A stretch of 64,000 nt of DNA from Penicillus capitatus. Lineage: Eukaryota; Plantae; Chlorophyta. The stretch covers positions 796,786 through 860,785 of the forward strand of contig OZ287702.1 in NCBI GenBank assembly GCA_965649825.1, in the 5' to 3' direction. Shown here piece by piece: positions 25,257-38,898 of the stretch. Each line of letters begins with the position of its first letter. Positions within the stretch are counted from its first letter, which is position 1. The position numbers and the translations under genes were made by a program. Under the pieces are notes generated by a model that had not been told where the DNA came from, ran no database searches, and was given only the letters and a program-made list of their open reading frames with translations.

Positions 25257-25371
25257 GGCCCACACAACAATTAGCAATATAGAGAAAATGGAACAAACAA
25301 AGGTCGAAGACCACCGATATCCAAGGAAAGTATTGCTGCGATCATCAAAGTCATTATCTGCATTCCTCTGC

Positions 25372-26333
25372 TCATGTAAAGAGCTTCTTGCGAATAGCCG
25401 GGAGATTCTCCTGGAAGGTAATCATCAAACGGTCGTCTAATGTATTGGAAAGAACAATGCGTCCATCCGCTGATGTCAGCACCACACCTCCAGTGCTGCC
25501 AGAGAACACGTATGTGAGTAAAGAGGATAGGCGGGTGGGATGGCGGCGGACCATGTGAGAGCTGGATCGTCGTTTTCTCCGACGGGAGGTGGATTGAGGA
25601 AATCTTTTTCGTCGAGTTTGACTTCAGGAGCTCCTTCGCCGTACACCGTTGCATACTCTTCTCTCACTTTTTTGATCATGGTGGACACCAACTGCTTGTC
25701 GCATTCTCTGCATTTCACAACGGCACTCGCTTCACCCAGTTTCTTTAATCCCTACAGTCATCCCTCTGTCATGTCACGCATGTCTGCTTAGAGTGGAGTG
25801 GTGCCTGGACGAGGAGTTTTTGGACGAGGGCCTGATAGGTGCTACCCTTTGCCGTCTTCACGAGTCTTTGTCTGGCTGCTTTGATTGTCTCTTGCACGGC
25901 ACCGTCGCGTGCGGCCAGGACTTTCAAACGAGACTCGTTGACATACTTCGAATAGGCACTAAGCGGCAGAAAGGGCATCAGAGAGGTGCCTCGTGCTGCG
26001 CATGCATCACATTTTCTTTTGAACTTCAGCCTGCGCCGCTTTGCGTGCGAATTCCGCGCGGATGTTCGCTTTCTCCGTATGTAACAGTTGTAGCTTTTCC
26101 ACATTAAAGTCCTGGAAAGGGACAAAACGTGGCGGCCGATGTTCGGTGTCGTCTGCTTACCTCGTTCGCAGCGTCGGCGATTTCGTTTGCCTTCTCTAGA
26201 GCCTCTTGCTCGATAAACTTGCACATGTGGTCGATCTGTGTGTCAACCTAAAAACCCAAAGGGCCATTTTCGCACGAAGCGTTGCCCAAAGCTCCGACGG
26301 GAGTCATCATGCGCCTACCTCGCTTTGGTTCAT
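25372..26333 (-). CDS. VHA-E: V-type proton ATPase subunit E
   Basis: MNQSE-VDTQIDHMCKFIEQEALEKANEI; NESRLKVLAARD; GGVVLTSADGRIVLSNTLDDRL; LPAIRKKLF*. Confidence 0.95.
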
Positions 26334-26570
26334 TTTGTCTTGTTAACAGAAAGGACGACGACGCGACGAAGAGAAGTGGACCGGCGAACCGAAGACGACG
26401 GTAGAGTCAGGAAGAAACGGTGAACGGGTGTCGAAGTGATGAGAGGTCGCGACTGACGGACAGACTGACTGAACTCTTGACAACGGCCAGTCGTATAATG
26501 TCGATTGGATGCTTCTGAAAAGACAGCTGCGTCGCAAAGAGCCACAACCATGTCGACCAACCACTGAAGA

Positions 26571-29500
26571 TCAGCGCACCGGACTCACACGATCACTCTT
26601 GCGATAGCCACGACAGCGCACACGTGTCTTAAGATCGACGTCGTTGTGACGGTGGAGTATTCTATGCACAGCATTACATTCACAGAGTTGGATCTCATGT
26701 CCATACAAGGCACTGCTTCGTTCTGCGTTACACATGAAGATCAAAAAGATCGAGATTGAGAGTATGGACATAGACAAACAGCTCTTCTCGAGCAGCTAAG
26801 GACAGCCTACAGTCATGTATACCCCCATCCACGAAGCTAAAAACTACATCGTCACTTGCCAAAGAATTCCCAATCGACAGATAAAAAAGGCTTCCATCAG
26901 AGCTCGGCGTTGATAGAATCGTGTTTCTCTCTACTCGGCTATCGTCTGCAACATCCAAATGAATTCCCTCCCGCAAACAACGAAGGAATAAGTGCAGGAC
27001 GTTGAGATTTGCGGACGGCGGAGGTGGTGGTAGTGGATCACTTCTCTCCGTAATTTATGCCACTCGGCATTTTTCGAGGTCTGCCAACAGTTTTCTAAGC
27101 AGCTCCTGCTGTGCATGGACAATCTCTCGGACTTCATCGGTCGGCTCTTCTGCAATGCTGTGAATCGATCGATGTCTTGATTCGAAGGAAGGGATGGAGG
27201 TATCGGTGAAGTCCATGACAGATGGCATGGCAGAGAAATTTCGTCGGTGCATTCGTTGTGTCCTCAGATTGGAAGTGAATCGGTGAATGACAGCATCTTG
27301 CTGCGAAATGATGCTCTCTTTGTTGCAGAGATCAATCTCGAGATCTGCCACACGTTTCGTCAAGTTCCTCACTTCCTGCTCTAACAGATCTAAGTGTCCG
27401 ATCGATGCCGCCCGACCGAACGATACTCCCGACAATTCCTACGGCACCCACAACAACGTCATGTCGATTCGCGCATCGATGAAGGAAGCTGCTGGGTACC
27501 TGTGAAACATTTCTTCTGTGTTCCTGTGAAATCTCGCTCATGGGGGAGAAAGGCTGTTCCGTTAGACGCGCCAGCGGGAGATTATTGAACGCGTCCGATT
27601 CGGTAGACGTCGAGCATCCACGTCGAAGACGATCCCGACTGGTGGGAGGGTCGACATCCGCCGATGTACCGACATGAGACTGTTCTCTTCGACGATCCAT
27701 CGTCGATAGAGATTCTCTTTTATTCACCCAAGACTGACTGGCATCTGCTTGCGAAGCGTGACGAATGTCGTGCGATTGCAATGGCTTTTTAGACAGAGCA
27801 GCGCCGGAAGAGACATGCTCCGTCTGGACAGCATCTCTACTCTTGGACAACGGTGTGTGATCCGCAACATCTTCGTGCGCACCCACGGGAGAGAAGACGA
27901 GTTCGTGGCAATCCTCTTCTTCCAGCTCAAAATCGGTCTGCACAGCAACATCATGCGTGATCAGCACATCCATCCATTCGTAGAGCTCGTCATCATTATG
28001 CGTCCAAGGTCGTTCGGAAGAGGGACTCCGACTGGGATTGCTGAAGTAAGCGCTTCCAGAACGAGAGTGCGTGTCACGAGAGGAATTCCTTAGTGTCATC
28101 GTAACGGCGGTCATGGGACTCTCGGAAAAGTTCTCCGGGCGATATCCATTCGATTGAGAATGGGGTGTTGACTCATCTTCGCTGTACGTTGGATTCTCGT
28201 CCCATGAAAGACCATCGCGTCCCGTTGCTTGAGGATGTCTTGCAGACTGCGAAGACAGAAAGCGAATGTCGTTATGTGTGTACAGGCAGCAAAGGAAGAT
28301 AGACCTTCGAGATCTCTGGCATATCTTTGACAAGGCCACACGCAAGCGCTTGACGTCCCACTTCGACCAGATGCCGGTCGGCCGTTCTTATGGAGGAGTC
28401 TGCAGTTGGATGCGGCGGTTTGTCTTCAAATGAGGGATTCCGATTCCATTGGGGCACTTTCAGGCGTTTGAGGGTTCGATCCGTCTGAACATAAGGAACA
28501 TGAGCCATGTGAGAAAATCCTCTGAGACAGGGTGACAGGCAATAGAGTGATAACTGACGCAAACTGAAATCTGAATCAATAGCTGTGTCAAACGGATGTA
28601 ACTGCAAATAAAGGAATTTTCTGGCGGATTCGTGGAAAAATAACAAAGAGAGGTGGGTGCTTAAAGTCGAAACGGAACCGTAGCGAACCGGATACGTTCG
28701 TTTGCGCGTGATGTTCAAAGAAAAACCGAATTCCTTTATTGTCGCCGAGAGTTCGAAGCTGGCATAAAGGCAGAAGGAGAAATACGTTCCTCTATCGAAC
28801 AACAGAGGCGACATCCAGAAGAGACATAAAAGCACAGTGGTGGGGATGGAAAGAGGGTTTGCGGGTTGCAATATCTTCTGTCGTTAGTAACCGTGGGAAT
28901 AGACCACTCAGAGAGCGACTGACGACCGCCGGCGCCGAAGAAGATGCGACAGGGAAAAGCAGACGGTAAAAAATGCATCGCCCTCTTTGGCGTTCGGAGA
29001 GAGGCCGAAGAGAAATTCGCGACATCGGGATGCTCACCTGTGACGTTACAACGTAATGTCGCCGGGGTTGAAGTGTGACAAGCGATTGCCTCTGCTCTTC
29101 GACCTGTCCTTCGCTGTCCGCAAGCATCGAGTCATTCAGCCAAGCGCCTGGCCGTAGAGGATTGCCCGTATCTAAGTAGAGATCCTTTTTGGCTGTGACG
29201 GTCTTCGCTGGAAAATTGTTGGCTAGCCATTCGAAGTGATCTTCATTGGAGCCGACCACGTCGCCGTCGAAGTGGGAATCTTCGTCAGCAGTGTCAGCAG
29301 AAATGGGCAGAGAAGACGACGTGGAGGTTATACCGCTAGCGGAATGGACGATGTCCTCTGACCGACCGTACTCGATCTCATCGACATCGTCTGTGCAGAA
29401 CAAAGTGCGTGTCTGAGAGAATTTGGTTTTCCACAGAAGCCATTCGACGGCATCCGTCGCCAATGAAGCAAAGAAAACATCGCCCATTGGATTCTCCTTC

Positions 29501-29748
29501 CTGCCGAGAGACGTCGCGGGCGTCCCATCGACGGCAGAGATCCATGGCAGGGAAAGACGCGCTGATCTCTCGCTCTCCGCTGCGTAAACGGCTTTTGAGT
29601 GGCGATTAAACGATAAGGGTGTCGAATCCCGCCAGGAAAAGACAAAGCTCTCTAGAGCGTCACTCGCTACCTCTCTCTTCGAAGGGTCACGGATCCTTGA
29701 TATTCCGCGGCATTCTGGTCTCTTTCCTGACGACTTCTGGCATCTCAT
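26571..29748 (-). CDS. Large hypothetical Ser-rich/coiled-coil protein (multi-exon; boundaries approximate)
   Basis: Chain of long minus-strand ORFs (28792-29817, 28272-28871, 27332-28345, 27055-27435) with coiled-coil heptads such as LLEQEVRNLTKRVADLEIDL and VHAQQELLRKLLADLE. Confidence 0.5.
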
Positions 29749-29831
29749 ATTTTTCTCACACTGCCATTCCTGGTCGATGACTGGCGTCGTCGTGAGTTGT
29801 ATCTGGACGACACGCATAAGAGCATGGGCAT

Positions 29832-30348
29832 TTAAATGCTTAAGGGTATAGTGATGGAACGAACGTCGAGAACGAGAGGGGTTTTGATATCACAATCTTC
29901 GTCCGGCTCGAGAAGCAGTAGGAGCTTTTTTGTGCGTTGTTCCTCGCCGGCATGAAGTGCTGCGTTGAACGTCGTCTTGCAGACAGTGCGACAGACGACC
30001 GTCATCGTCTCGATCGACCAGTAGCGCACGCCAATCTCGATCTCCTGCACTCGCAGGTCGACGCGTTCTTTCGATCACCTCGCAATCCACCTCTGCCTCA
30101 ACATTGGCGACAGCTCCCGAATGCGCTCTCTGGATGCAAAGGAGGAAGACGATGTGATCGACTGCCCGCATGCCACGAAGGCAGACGCGCCCATCCGAAC
30201 AACGAAACGCGGCATCTGCAATGCAGCGACCTCTGTTCTTGACATAGACTTGAATGCGCGTCCAGTCGTGCGGTACGGCGCTAATATCGTCAAGTGTGAT
30301 GCCAAAGCGAACGCCGCGTTCGACAAAGCTCCTGTCTAAGCCATCCAT
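29832..30348 (-). CDS. Hypothetical two-exon protein (about 155 aa)
   Basis: MDGLDRSFVERGVRFGITLDDI...VANVEAE, a 46-nt GT-AG intron, then EIEIGVRYWSIETMTVVC...TIPLSI*; globular-like composition. Confidence 0.5.
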
Positions 30349-30499
30349 AGCAATGCCTTTGGCTGTGTACAACGATGGCGTCATGCGTTTCATCGACAGC
30401 GCCGGCGAGGAACGCAGCACAATCACAGAAATCAACAAGACAGTTGAGACGCTTCGTATCAGGAGGATATCTTCGAGACCTTTGGACAGTCCAATAAGC

Positions 30500-32496
30500 T
30501 TAATCCCAGTATTTGATGAGGCCATCCCAACCACATGTGGCCATTTTGCTGGACTCCAGTGGATGCCAACAGGCACCGAGACAGACTTTGTCATGTGCCT
30601 GGAAGGTTCGGACCACTTTCTTTGGCATTTGCCATTCCCAGAAGAAACAACGACCCCGACTGTCTCCTGACATAATGTAGCGGCCGTCCGGCGAGAAATC
30701 GATTTGACAGGCGTATCCTGAATTGCTGTGACCACGGAACGACTTTTTTCGATTGAGGCGAAATCGCTCCTTTGTGGAGTACGTCACGATCTGATTGTCT
30801 TGAGACTGTCCGCAAAAGTAGTTCCCCGAGGGATGCAGCGTAATAGCCGGCATGGAATGCATCGAGGGATCAGCAATGTACTTGATCTGAACGGGAATGC
30901 CAAATTCCCAAATCCGCAAGCTCTTGTCGTCGCTCGACGTCACAAAACGACGCCCTTCGTCTACAAAGGTGATGGTATTGACGGCCTCCAAATGATAATC
31001 GTAGATCTGCACATCCTCCCCTGTGTCCAGATCAAATTGATAGACTTTGTGATCGGCGCAGCCCGCCATGAGAACATTCTGTTTGTTGTCGTCTGGATGG
31101 AATTTGGCCACGAAGAAGAGCTTGTTCTTATTGATAGTCCTCACCACCTGTCCCGTCTCTGTGTCCCACAAATGAATGTTGCAATCGTAACCGGTGCTGA
31201 GGAATTTCCGGCCGTCATTGCTGAAGAAGATATCACGTACTCCCTAGACCAGCCCATCTCGTCATCCACAACGCTCAGCACATGTTCTTGCTGTACTTTG
31301 GAGTGGCCCAGATAGGTTTGCATACATTTGCCGGAATTGAAGACGTCCCAGATTTTGACACGTCCGTCCATTCCTGCAGAGAGGATCAGGTGGCCGGAGG
31401 TCGGGAAGAACTGAATGGCATTGACGCCCTTTGTGTGACCCGACCAGGAATGCACCCATCTCTTCGGCAGATAGCAGAACTCATTGTCCTTCTTCTTATC
31501 TTTGGGCGGCTCCAGCCACTTGCCTTTCTCTTCGTCTTTGCCATGAAAATTGCTCTTGATGATAATCTCGCCACTCTGTTTCAATTTCTTTGCTGCCTTC
31601 TCTTCATTGATCTTTTCCAAGTAAGCTCTCTGCTCTTCGGTCAGCTCATTTGTGGTCACTTCTTTCTTGGCCCATGGCTGTGAGTGCGTAATCTGAAACG
31701 GCTGTGTGGGATCGAATGAAGCCATACGAGCCTGTTTGGCCTCTTCTTTGGCTCTCTTTTCTTCTGCCGTTTTTCTCTTCTTCTGTGCACTGGAAGCATC
31801 CATCGTGAACACAGACTCGCCTACAAAGCAGTCATGCAATGCGTCTTCATATGCGTCGGGAATAGACACCGAAATTCTCTTCCCATGCTTTCTTGTCACC
31901 GATGATGGTCCTTCCCGTCGGGTCCATTGCATAACCGAGACTAAGTTCACCACACTCTGTTGAAGAAAAGTGACAGTTATCCCCCTCTCCTGTGAGACCT
32001 GTGAAACGTCATGTATTGCTCATCAAATACGTGTGGGTCGAGATGCTCGTCCTCTACAGCTCCTGTCCAATGATTCTGTAACCCAACCGGAATCGATCTC
32101 TGTTCATCTGGAGGATTGGGCCCTACATATCGCGACAGCACCTATCTCACACTTTTTTCAGAAGAGTGTGAGAATATACCGTAAACAGGGGCTATCAGGT
32201 CTTTGTACTTTGGATTCGTTTGCAGCTTCCTGGACGCCGGATCTTTGACAGCAGCATCGTCTTTTCAGACTCGCTCGTCACAGCACAACGACGGACCTTG
32301 AAACTCTCGCGTCAGACTCTTCTGTGTGATTTCTGTGTCCACAAGTGTGAGGCCTGTCGTGTCAACCTGAGGAATATGCTATCAGAACCATAAATGGTTA
32401 AGCCCACTTTGATACCGATGGTGCAGACTTAACGACGGGCAACTTCACCTCAGCTCCCTCTTCCGGAAGGTGCCTATCCTCCCGAGGCTCTGACAT
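30500..32496 (-). CDS. CDC40: Pre-mRNA splicing factor CDC40/PRP17 (WD40)
   Basis: [89 protein letters not shown]; start codon approximate. Confidence 0.95.
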
Positions 32497-32828
32497 CACG
32501 AAATATGGCTATTCTTAAGGCAGATGCTAAGAAGCTCGACGCTGTTTAGACGATCGCTGTGACCCGAATGTCACATCATTTGCGTTCTTTGGAGAACTCC
32601 TCGACCATTCGCGAGAATCGACGATACGCGCGACATTGTCTCAGTAACCAACCTCTTCTCGTTTTTCTTCTACTCGACCTAGCCAAGTTTCGCTAGCGAC
32701 GAGGCGAAACAGGACAGCTCAAGGAGAAGCTGACGGAAAACGTGGTTTCCTTTCGTCTGTTGACTTGAATGCTTCCTTTGTAGAGAAGTAAGCAACCTCG
32801 TTCCCAATGACTCGCAGCAGGCTCGAGA

Positions 32829-34390
32829 ATGGCGGTGTGTTCCTGTAGTCTACTTTCTCTATCAGCTTCTCTTCGCTCATCTATGAAATTTGCGTTGCGC
32901 CGTAGTGAGCTGCTTTGTCTCGACCCGGTAGATCTTCTTCGTATTCAGTTTTTGCTTTTCTGGCATCTTCTCTTACTTGTTCACCAGACCGTTATGACAA
33001 CGCAAACGGGCCCTCCCGGTACATCCTCACACTTTCTCATAGACTTGCCTAGCTGCGTGTCTTGTTGTCAGCTGTCATTCCGCAATGTCCAAAGGAAAGT
33101 TCCTTCGCTACTAATAGAGAAAAACGCATAGGGAGATATCCAGAAGTCTGTCTTGCGAAGATTTCGAGAACGACATCGAACTCGAAACCTGCGTATGGGG
33201 TCAAGGCCGAGAAGGGCAGACGCGCAAGAATGGAGGACACGTATGCTATACGAGAGAATCTCATTGGGTCTGGGACCCCACTGGGTTCCATTCCTTGCCG
33301 ATACCCGTGGGGAACCGACCCAGAGATAGCCCATGTCCTCTCTACACATGATCCTATAACGCATGAGGTCATCTATCTCCGCATATGCGTTTATCGACCT
33401 CTGTATATGACGGTGTGACTTTAGACTCACCGAAAGACATTGTTTCAGACGTCTATGCTGCACTACTACGCTGTCTACGATGGCCATGGAGGGAACGAAG
33501 CTTCCGAGCATTGTGCGTCGAAGATGCACGAAAATATTCGCGAGGCATGGAACAATCTGCCTGGACATTCTTCTCTGTGTGCGGGAGAAGGTTTTCTGAG
33601 TGACGACAATGATGAACGCCCGTCAAGTTCTGAAGACATCGTCGAAATGTTCAAGACTGCTTTTAAATGGACCGACGATGAATTTCGTCTCAAGAATGAG
33701 AATTCTGCAATCATTGGCAGCACAGCCGTTGTCGCCCTCATTGGAGACCATCACATTTTCATCGGTTACTGTGGTGCGTCCATACCATTGCCGATATTCC
33801 TTCATCCATCAACCTCAGTCTGATGTACAGGAGATTCTCGTGCCGTGTTATGCCGTGGAAAAAAAGCTTATGCCTTGACCGTTGACCACAAGCCAGAACG
33901 TGACGATGAAACAGTGCCCCTCCATGAAGCGCATGTCCAAGTGTGAGGACCATTGTGTTGCATGCAGGACCGAATACAGAGAGCGGGAGGTCAAGTGCTG
34001 TTCTTCAACGGGCCTCGTGTCATGGGTCTTTTGGCAATGTCCAGAGCCATCGGAGATTTATCTTTACGTCCCTACGTCATCTCTACCCCCGACTGCTGTA
34101 TCATTCATCGTAATCCAGAGGATGAAGTATTGATCCTGGCATCTGACGGCTTATGGGATGTTCTAACCAATCAAGAAGCTTGTTCACTGGCGATCAAGTG
34201 CCTTCAAAGGGCAAAAGAAAAGGGAGCTACATCTCAAGAGGCAACACGCTTGACGGCCACTGTGTTAACAAGAGCAGCCATGGAGAGGGGCAGCCGCGAC
34301 AACATCACGGTCGTTATTGTGGATTTGAGAGCGCAGCCAGATGTTGTGAGCCCAGTCTCGTCTATGGAGAATGATTCTGCTTGCAACTGA
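32829..34390 (+). CDS. PP2C-family phosphatase resembling plant clade A (5' end uncertain)
   Basis: YGVKAEKGRRARMEDTY, YYAVYDGHGG, IGSTAVVAL, GDSRAVL, LTVDHKPER, RVMGLLAMSRAIGD, LILASDGLWDV, GSRDNITVVIVDL. Confidence 0.92.
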
Positions 34391-34974
34391 CGAGACGCGG
34401 TCGTGGGGGGTAGAGAAAAGACCCATACATACATTATGGCATGTCAACAAAGGATTAATCTCGATGATACAAGGGAGATACGAAGAAGATATTATGAAAC
34501 CTATGCTGTGCCGATTTCTCTGCCTGCGCCCGTACTCCGACAACAGGATCGTTGACAAAAGAATTCTGTATACTAAACTGTCTGTCCTTGTCTGGATGCT
34601 CATGATAGGACTAAGAAATAAGGTTCTTTCTGCTTGAGAGTACATATCTGCCTGAAGCCCAAAAGCGCTGACCAAAAAAATCCTCTATCTCCATCGCATC
34701 TATCTCGTCTGATATCGGTTTTTGAATGTGGTCAAACCTTCATTTGGATTATTTCTTTTGCTAAGCACATAATCTCTCTTGTGGCCACTCGCTAGAGATT
34801 CAGAAGCAGTGCAAGGAACGTAAAGTGGGTGTCTGACAAATAGAAAGATTGTCCAATGCCCGCTCATGATGAAGTTGTCGAATGAATGTGGTCAGTCAAC
34901 TGCCACATTTCATTGTTCCTTACTTCGGAGAGTTTAGCCTTTTGATTGAATCTTGTCATTGGCTGATTGAGGAG

Positions 34975-35391
34975 AGCTAGTCGGAATAAAAGCAAGCACA
35001 ATTCCAAACCATGTTTCATTGGCAATCTTCACCTGAATGTCCCCGTGGGAGTCGTTGGGTTGTTTCTGCTCATCAAACACTGATTGATGGTGTGAGAATA
35101 TTCTCACCGAAAACTTCGACAACAACAGACTTCTACGGTTGTTTGTGAGTACAATGGAGAAGAAGGCTTTTGATTTGAGCTTTTATCGCCGGCAAACTTC
35201 AATAGCTAGTCGGGGTAATAGCCAGCACAATTCCAAACCACATTTCATTGGCAATCTTCACCTGAATGTCCCCGTGGGAGTCGTTTGATTGTATCTGCTC
35301 AAGCAAGAAGCAGCTGTGGTCTGCAGAGCTCTTTACGGAAAACTTCAACAACAAACTCCGACGTATGTTTGTGAGTGCAATGGAGAAGAAG
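34975..35391. repeat. Diverged tandem duplication, period about 229 bp (34975-35165 and 35204-35391)
   Basis: Shared core CACAATTCCAAACCA..TTTCATTGGCAATCTTCACCTGAATGTCCCCGTGGGAGTCGTT and shared end TTTGTGAGT.CAATGGAGAAGAAG. Confidence 0.85.
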
Positions 35392-35866
35392 AACACTGTC
35401 TATCTGATATCCTCGTTTGTATTGTACGATAATTGCCAAATCTTCGACATGCACTTCAAACCGTATCTATTGTGCTGTTTCGAGGCAAAGGACATGTTAA
35501 GAGCAAATGGGTGGCTTGCTACAATTTCGAGTCCAATGTGAACAGCCTAATCTCCGACCTTATTCCATCGTCCCATGTTGATGCATCATTCTGTGATCAC
35601 AGGAGTCACAGTCCCGACAGGATGGAACAATAATCGAGCAACAGACAGGTATAGAACGTAATCTCAAATAGAGAAACATGATGTAACGTTGATGTGCACA
35701 CAAACCACGACCTCACCATCAGCCCTTAAAGATAGATTCTCAGAATTCCATTCACCAACAAGACGCTACACGACGGCGATGCAATACCTCTAACAACCTC
35801 CTTTAACTTGATCGTCTTCTTCTTCTTATGTACTAATTCTCAATGCTACAATAGAACAGAGCACCT

Positions 35867-36401
35867 TTACTCGACCTAAGCTTACGTTTCGTTGATTGCA
35901 TCTATACCACTCCACAAACAAAGCCTTACGTGTACTTTAATGAGGTTTATCTCGGATTCTTTGATTGCTGGAATGTCGGACAAACAGAGAGGATCCAACA
36001 GTTGATCGTCATTAAGGCTCAACACCTGAACACCCCTCCCTTATGCAATGCAAATCATAGCACAGCACTGGCTGACCTGTTTCGACATACAATAACCATA
36101 TTTCTGCTCGATGTATGCTTTTAAGTAAGATACGAGTGTGCCCATCTTGAACTAAATCCACGCAAACACACACGATGCATGGTTTTTGCACGATGCTTGA
36201 AGAGAGCATCGCCTTACGAGCTGCGTTTCTTCGGCGCCGTCGGGCAAAACGAGCGAAACCTGCCGCAGATGTCGTGACATGGCTGAAGTATTCACAAGTG
36301 CGTCGCACCTGAACATCAGAGCCATTCTCTTCTAGGAGTTCCTTTTTCTTGATTTCCTGTAGGTTATTGGGCAGTCCTGCCAAGTTCAGTCGAGTCGCCA
36401 T
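35867..36401 (-). CDS. Small ubiquitin-like (beta-grasp) domain protein, about 104 aa, five exons, no C-terminal GG
   Basis: GT-AG introns of 49, 66, 51 and 54 nt give MATRLNLAGLPNNLQEIKKKELLEENGSDVQVSLVLPDGAEETQLFKMGTLVSYLKAYIEQKYGYCMSKQVLSLNDDQLLDPLCLSDIPAIKESEINLIKVHVE*. Confidence 0.75.
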
Positions 36402-36747
36402 TTCCGACACCTGGTCGCAAGTCAATGGCGTCCGTGTTGTGTTTTGTCTCTCAGAGATGTCGTGTCCGTAAGCGACTGCAAATCTCCACTCGCGCACTGT
36501 TCGCCACAGCTCGGCACTGAACGAGAACTGCCCCCGATTTCCTTCGCAGACAAACCACTCCCAACGCACGAATCGAATGCAGGAGACATTTGATGCATTA
36601 AATTGACCGGCAGTACCTGACGGATCATACCGATCAACGTAACGGTCAACAACGACCGACGAAGCTTCGCGAAGAGCCCATATCTTGACAGAGAGCCACT
36701 TTCAGGGAACACCTACTCGCAACCCAGTCACCAAGAGAGTCGCGGAG

Positions 36748-38898
36748 ATGGCTGAAACCATGCCAAGTGAACTGCGAAGCGTGTCGGGGAATAGCGACAT
36801 GGTTGTGGCTTTAGTGAGCGAAGACGGCGACGGCGAGGCATCTCAAGAAGACTTCGATTTTGACAAGGATGCCAAAGTTGGAGCAGAAGTCGATATCACC
36901 GTCAGCAGCTTCGCCTTGGCACCCTTGATACGAAAGCAATGTCTGTCATGTGGTATATAGAAAGACGGAGGGGTGGTGAAGAAGATCTTGGTGGAAGGAA
37001 CGGGATGGAAGAAACCTGAAACGGGAGATGCCGTTGCAGGTATGCCCACCCGAGGTCCCTCATCATAGAAACGGCAACGGATTCTGTGGGATGAAGTGCA
37101 TTATGTTGGGACATTGGAAGATGGGAGTAAGTTCGATTCGAGCCACGATCGCGGAGAGCCTTTCAATTTCACACTCGGCAAAGGCATGGCAGCACATCCA
37201 ACGTCAACCTGTGGGGAAGGACAGAGTGACCCATAGGTCAGGTGATCAAGGGATGGGATGAGGGAGTGAAGACGATGAAGAAAGGGGAGAAGGCGGTTTT
37301 GACATGTAAGCCAGAGTATGCTTACGGTGCCAGTGGCAGTCCACCCTCGATTCCGGCCAATGCCACACTCAACTTTGAAGTGGAATTGTTGCATTGGCGA
37401 AGTGTGAGTGATTTGACTGGAGATGAAGGGGTGATTAAGACGATCGTCAAAGAAGGAACGGGACTCGACACCCCGGGCGACCATGATGAAGTGTTGGGTA
37501 ATATCACAACGTTTGATTGATGAGAATGTACAGCGTGTGGTGTTTAGTGAAGTACACGGCCAGAATCCAAGGAAGCGATGTTGTTTTCGCTTCCACTCCA
37601 GATGAAGGCATAGAGTTTGTGCTGCGTGAAGGTCACACTTTGCCCACTCAAGCACTCTCTCTTATTGGCTGTGTGTTAGGTCATCTGTGTAAGGGGATTG
37701 GAGTTGCGGTTGCAGAGATGAAGGAAGGGGAGGAAGCCACAGTCAAACTATCTTCGCAATGTATGCGGCATCTATCTTTGGTGTTTGATGCTTGATCGAA
37801 ATGCATTGTGTATGGTTCAGATGCGCAGCCTCCGGGAAAGAGTGATGAAGACCTTGCATCGCAGGCATCTCTAGAGATTGCACTGACGCTCGTTTCTTGG
37901 AAGAAAGTGGAGTTCATTTCAGAAGACAACCTCATCGTGAAGAAAACGTTAAAGAAATCAAGCGGCTGGGATAAGCCAAAAGAAGGGGCGACCGTCAAGA
38001 TACGCTATACAGCACGGCTCGCCGACGGGACTGTTTTCGAACAGTGCCTCGAAGGAAAGGAACTGGAATTCACTGTCGACGAAGGTCAACTCGCGCAATG
38101 CGTCTCTCATTTCTGACATCTCAGACGATCTGTGTTTCAGAACAAGTGATCGAAGGTCTGGACAAGGCCGTTATGAAAATGAGCAAAGGAGAAGTGGCAG
38201 AGATTAAGATTTCTGGAAAATATGCCTTTGCGGAGGAGGCACAACGAGAGTTGGCCTCCGTTCCTGCTGGAGCAGATGTCATCTACGAAGTGGAGCTTGT
38301 GGATGTGGACAATCCCAAGAACTCATATGATCTCACTGTGCCCGAGAAGATCGCTCTGGCTCGAGCCAACAAAGAGAAGGGCAACAAGGCTTACAAAGAA
38401 GGCAAATACATCCGAGCCGTTTCGAAGTACGAAGCTGCACTGAAGCCGATCGATTACGAGAAGAATTTCGAAGATGAATTGCAAAAGGAGGCGAAGGAGA
38501 TGAAGCGCATTGTCTGGTTGAACATTGCCGCTGTGTCATTGAAACTGGGAGACTATGCCAAAGCCATCGCCAATTGTGGTAAAGTACTTGCCGTGGATCC
38601 CAACAACATCAAAGCGCTTTTCCGACGATCCCAGGCATACATGCACCGCTCCGATTTCATCGAGGCTGAACGCGATATCAAACTGGCACACGATTTGGAG
38701 CCACAGAATCGAGATGTCATCGCACAGTACAAAACACTAAAACAAGAGATGAAGAGCTCGAGTGAGCGAGAGGCCAAGATGTACAGCACGATGTTCAAGA
38801 AACTGGCCGAGACGAAAGATCCAGAGCCTGAAGATAAACGGCCGACGACGGAGGAGGCAAAAGACGTCGCAATGGAGGCAGGGCCGAGTGGAGAGTAA
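36748..38898 (+). CDS. ROF1: Multi-FKBP + TPR peptidyl-prolyl isomerase (FKBP62/ROF1 type)
   Basis: [40 protein letters not shown], three FKBP repeats, and a TPR region [13 protein letters not shown]...[13 protein letters not shown]. Confidence 0.95.
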
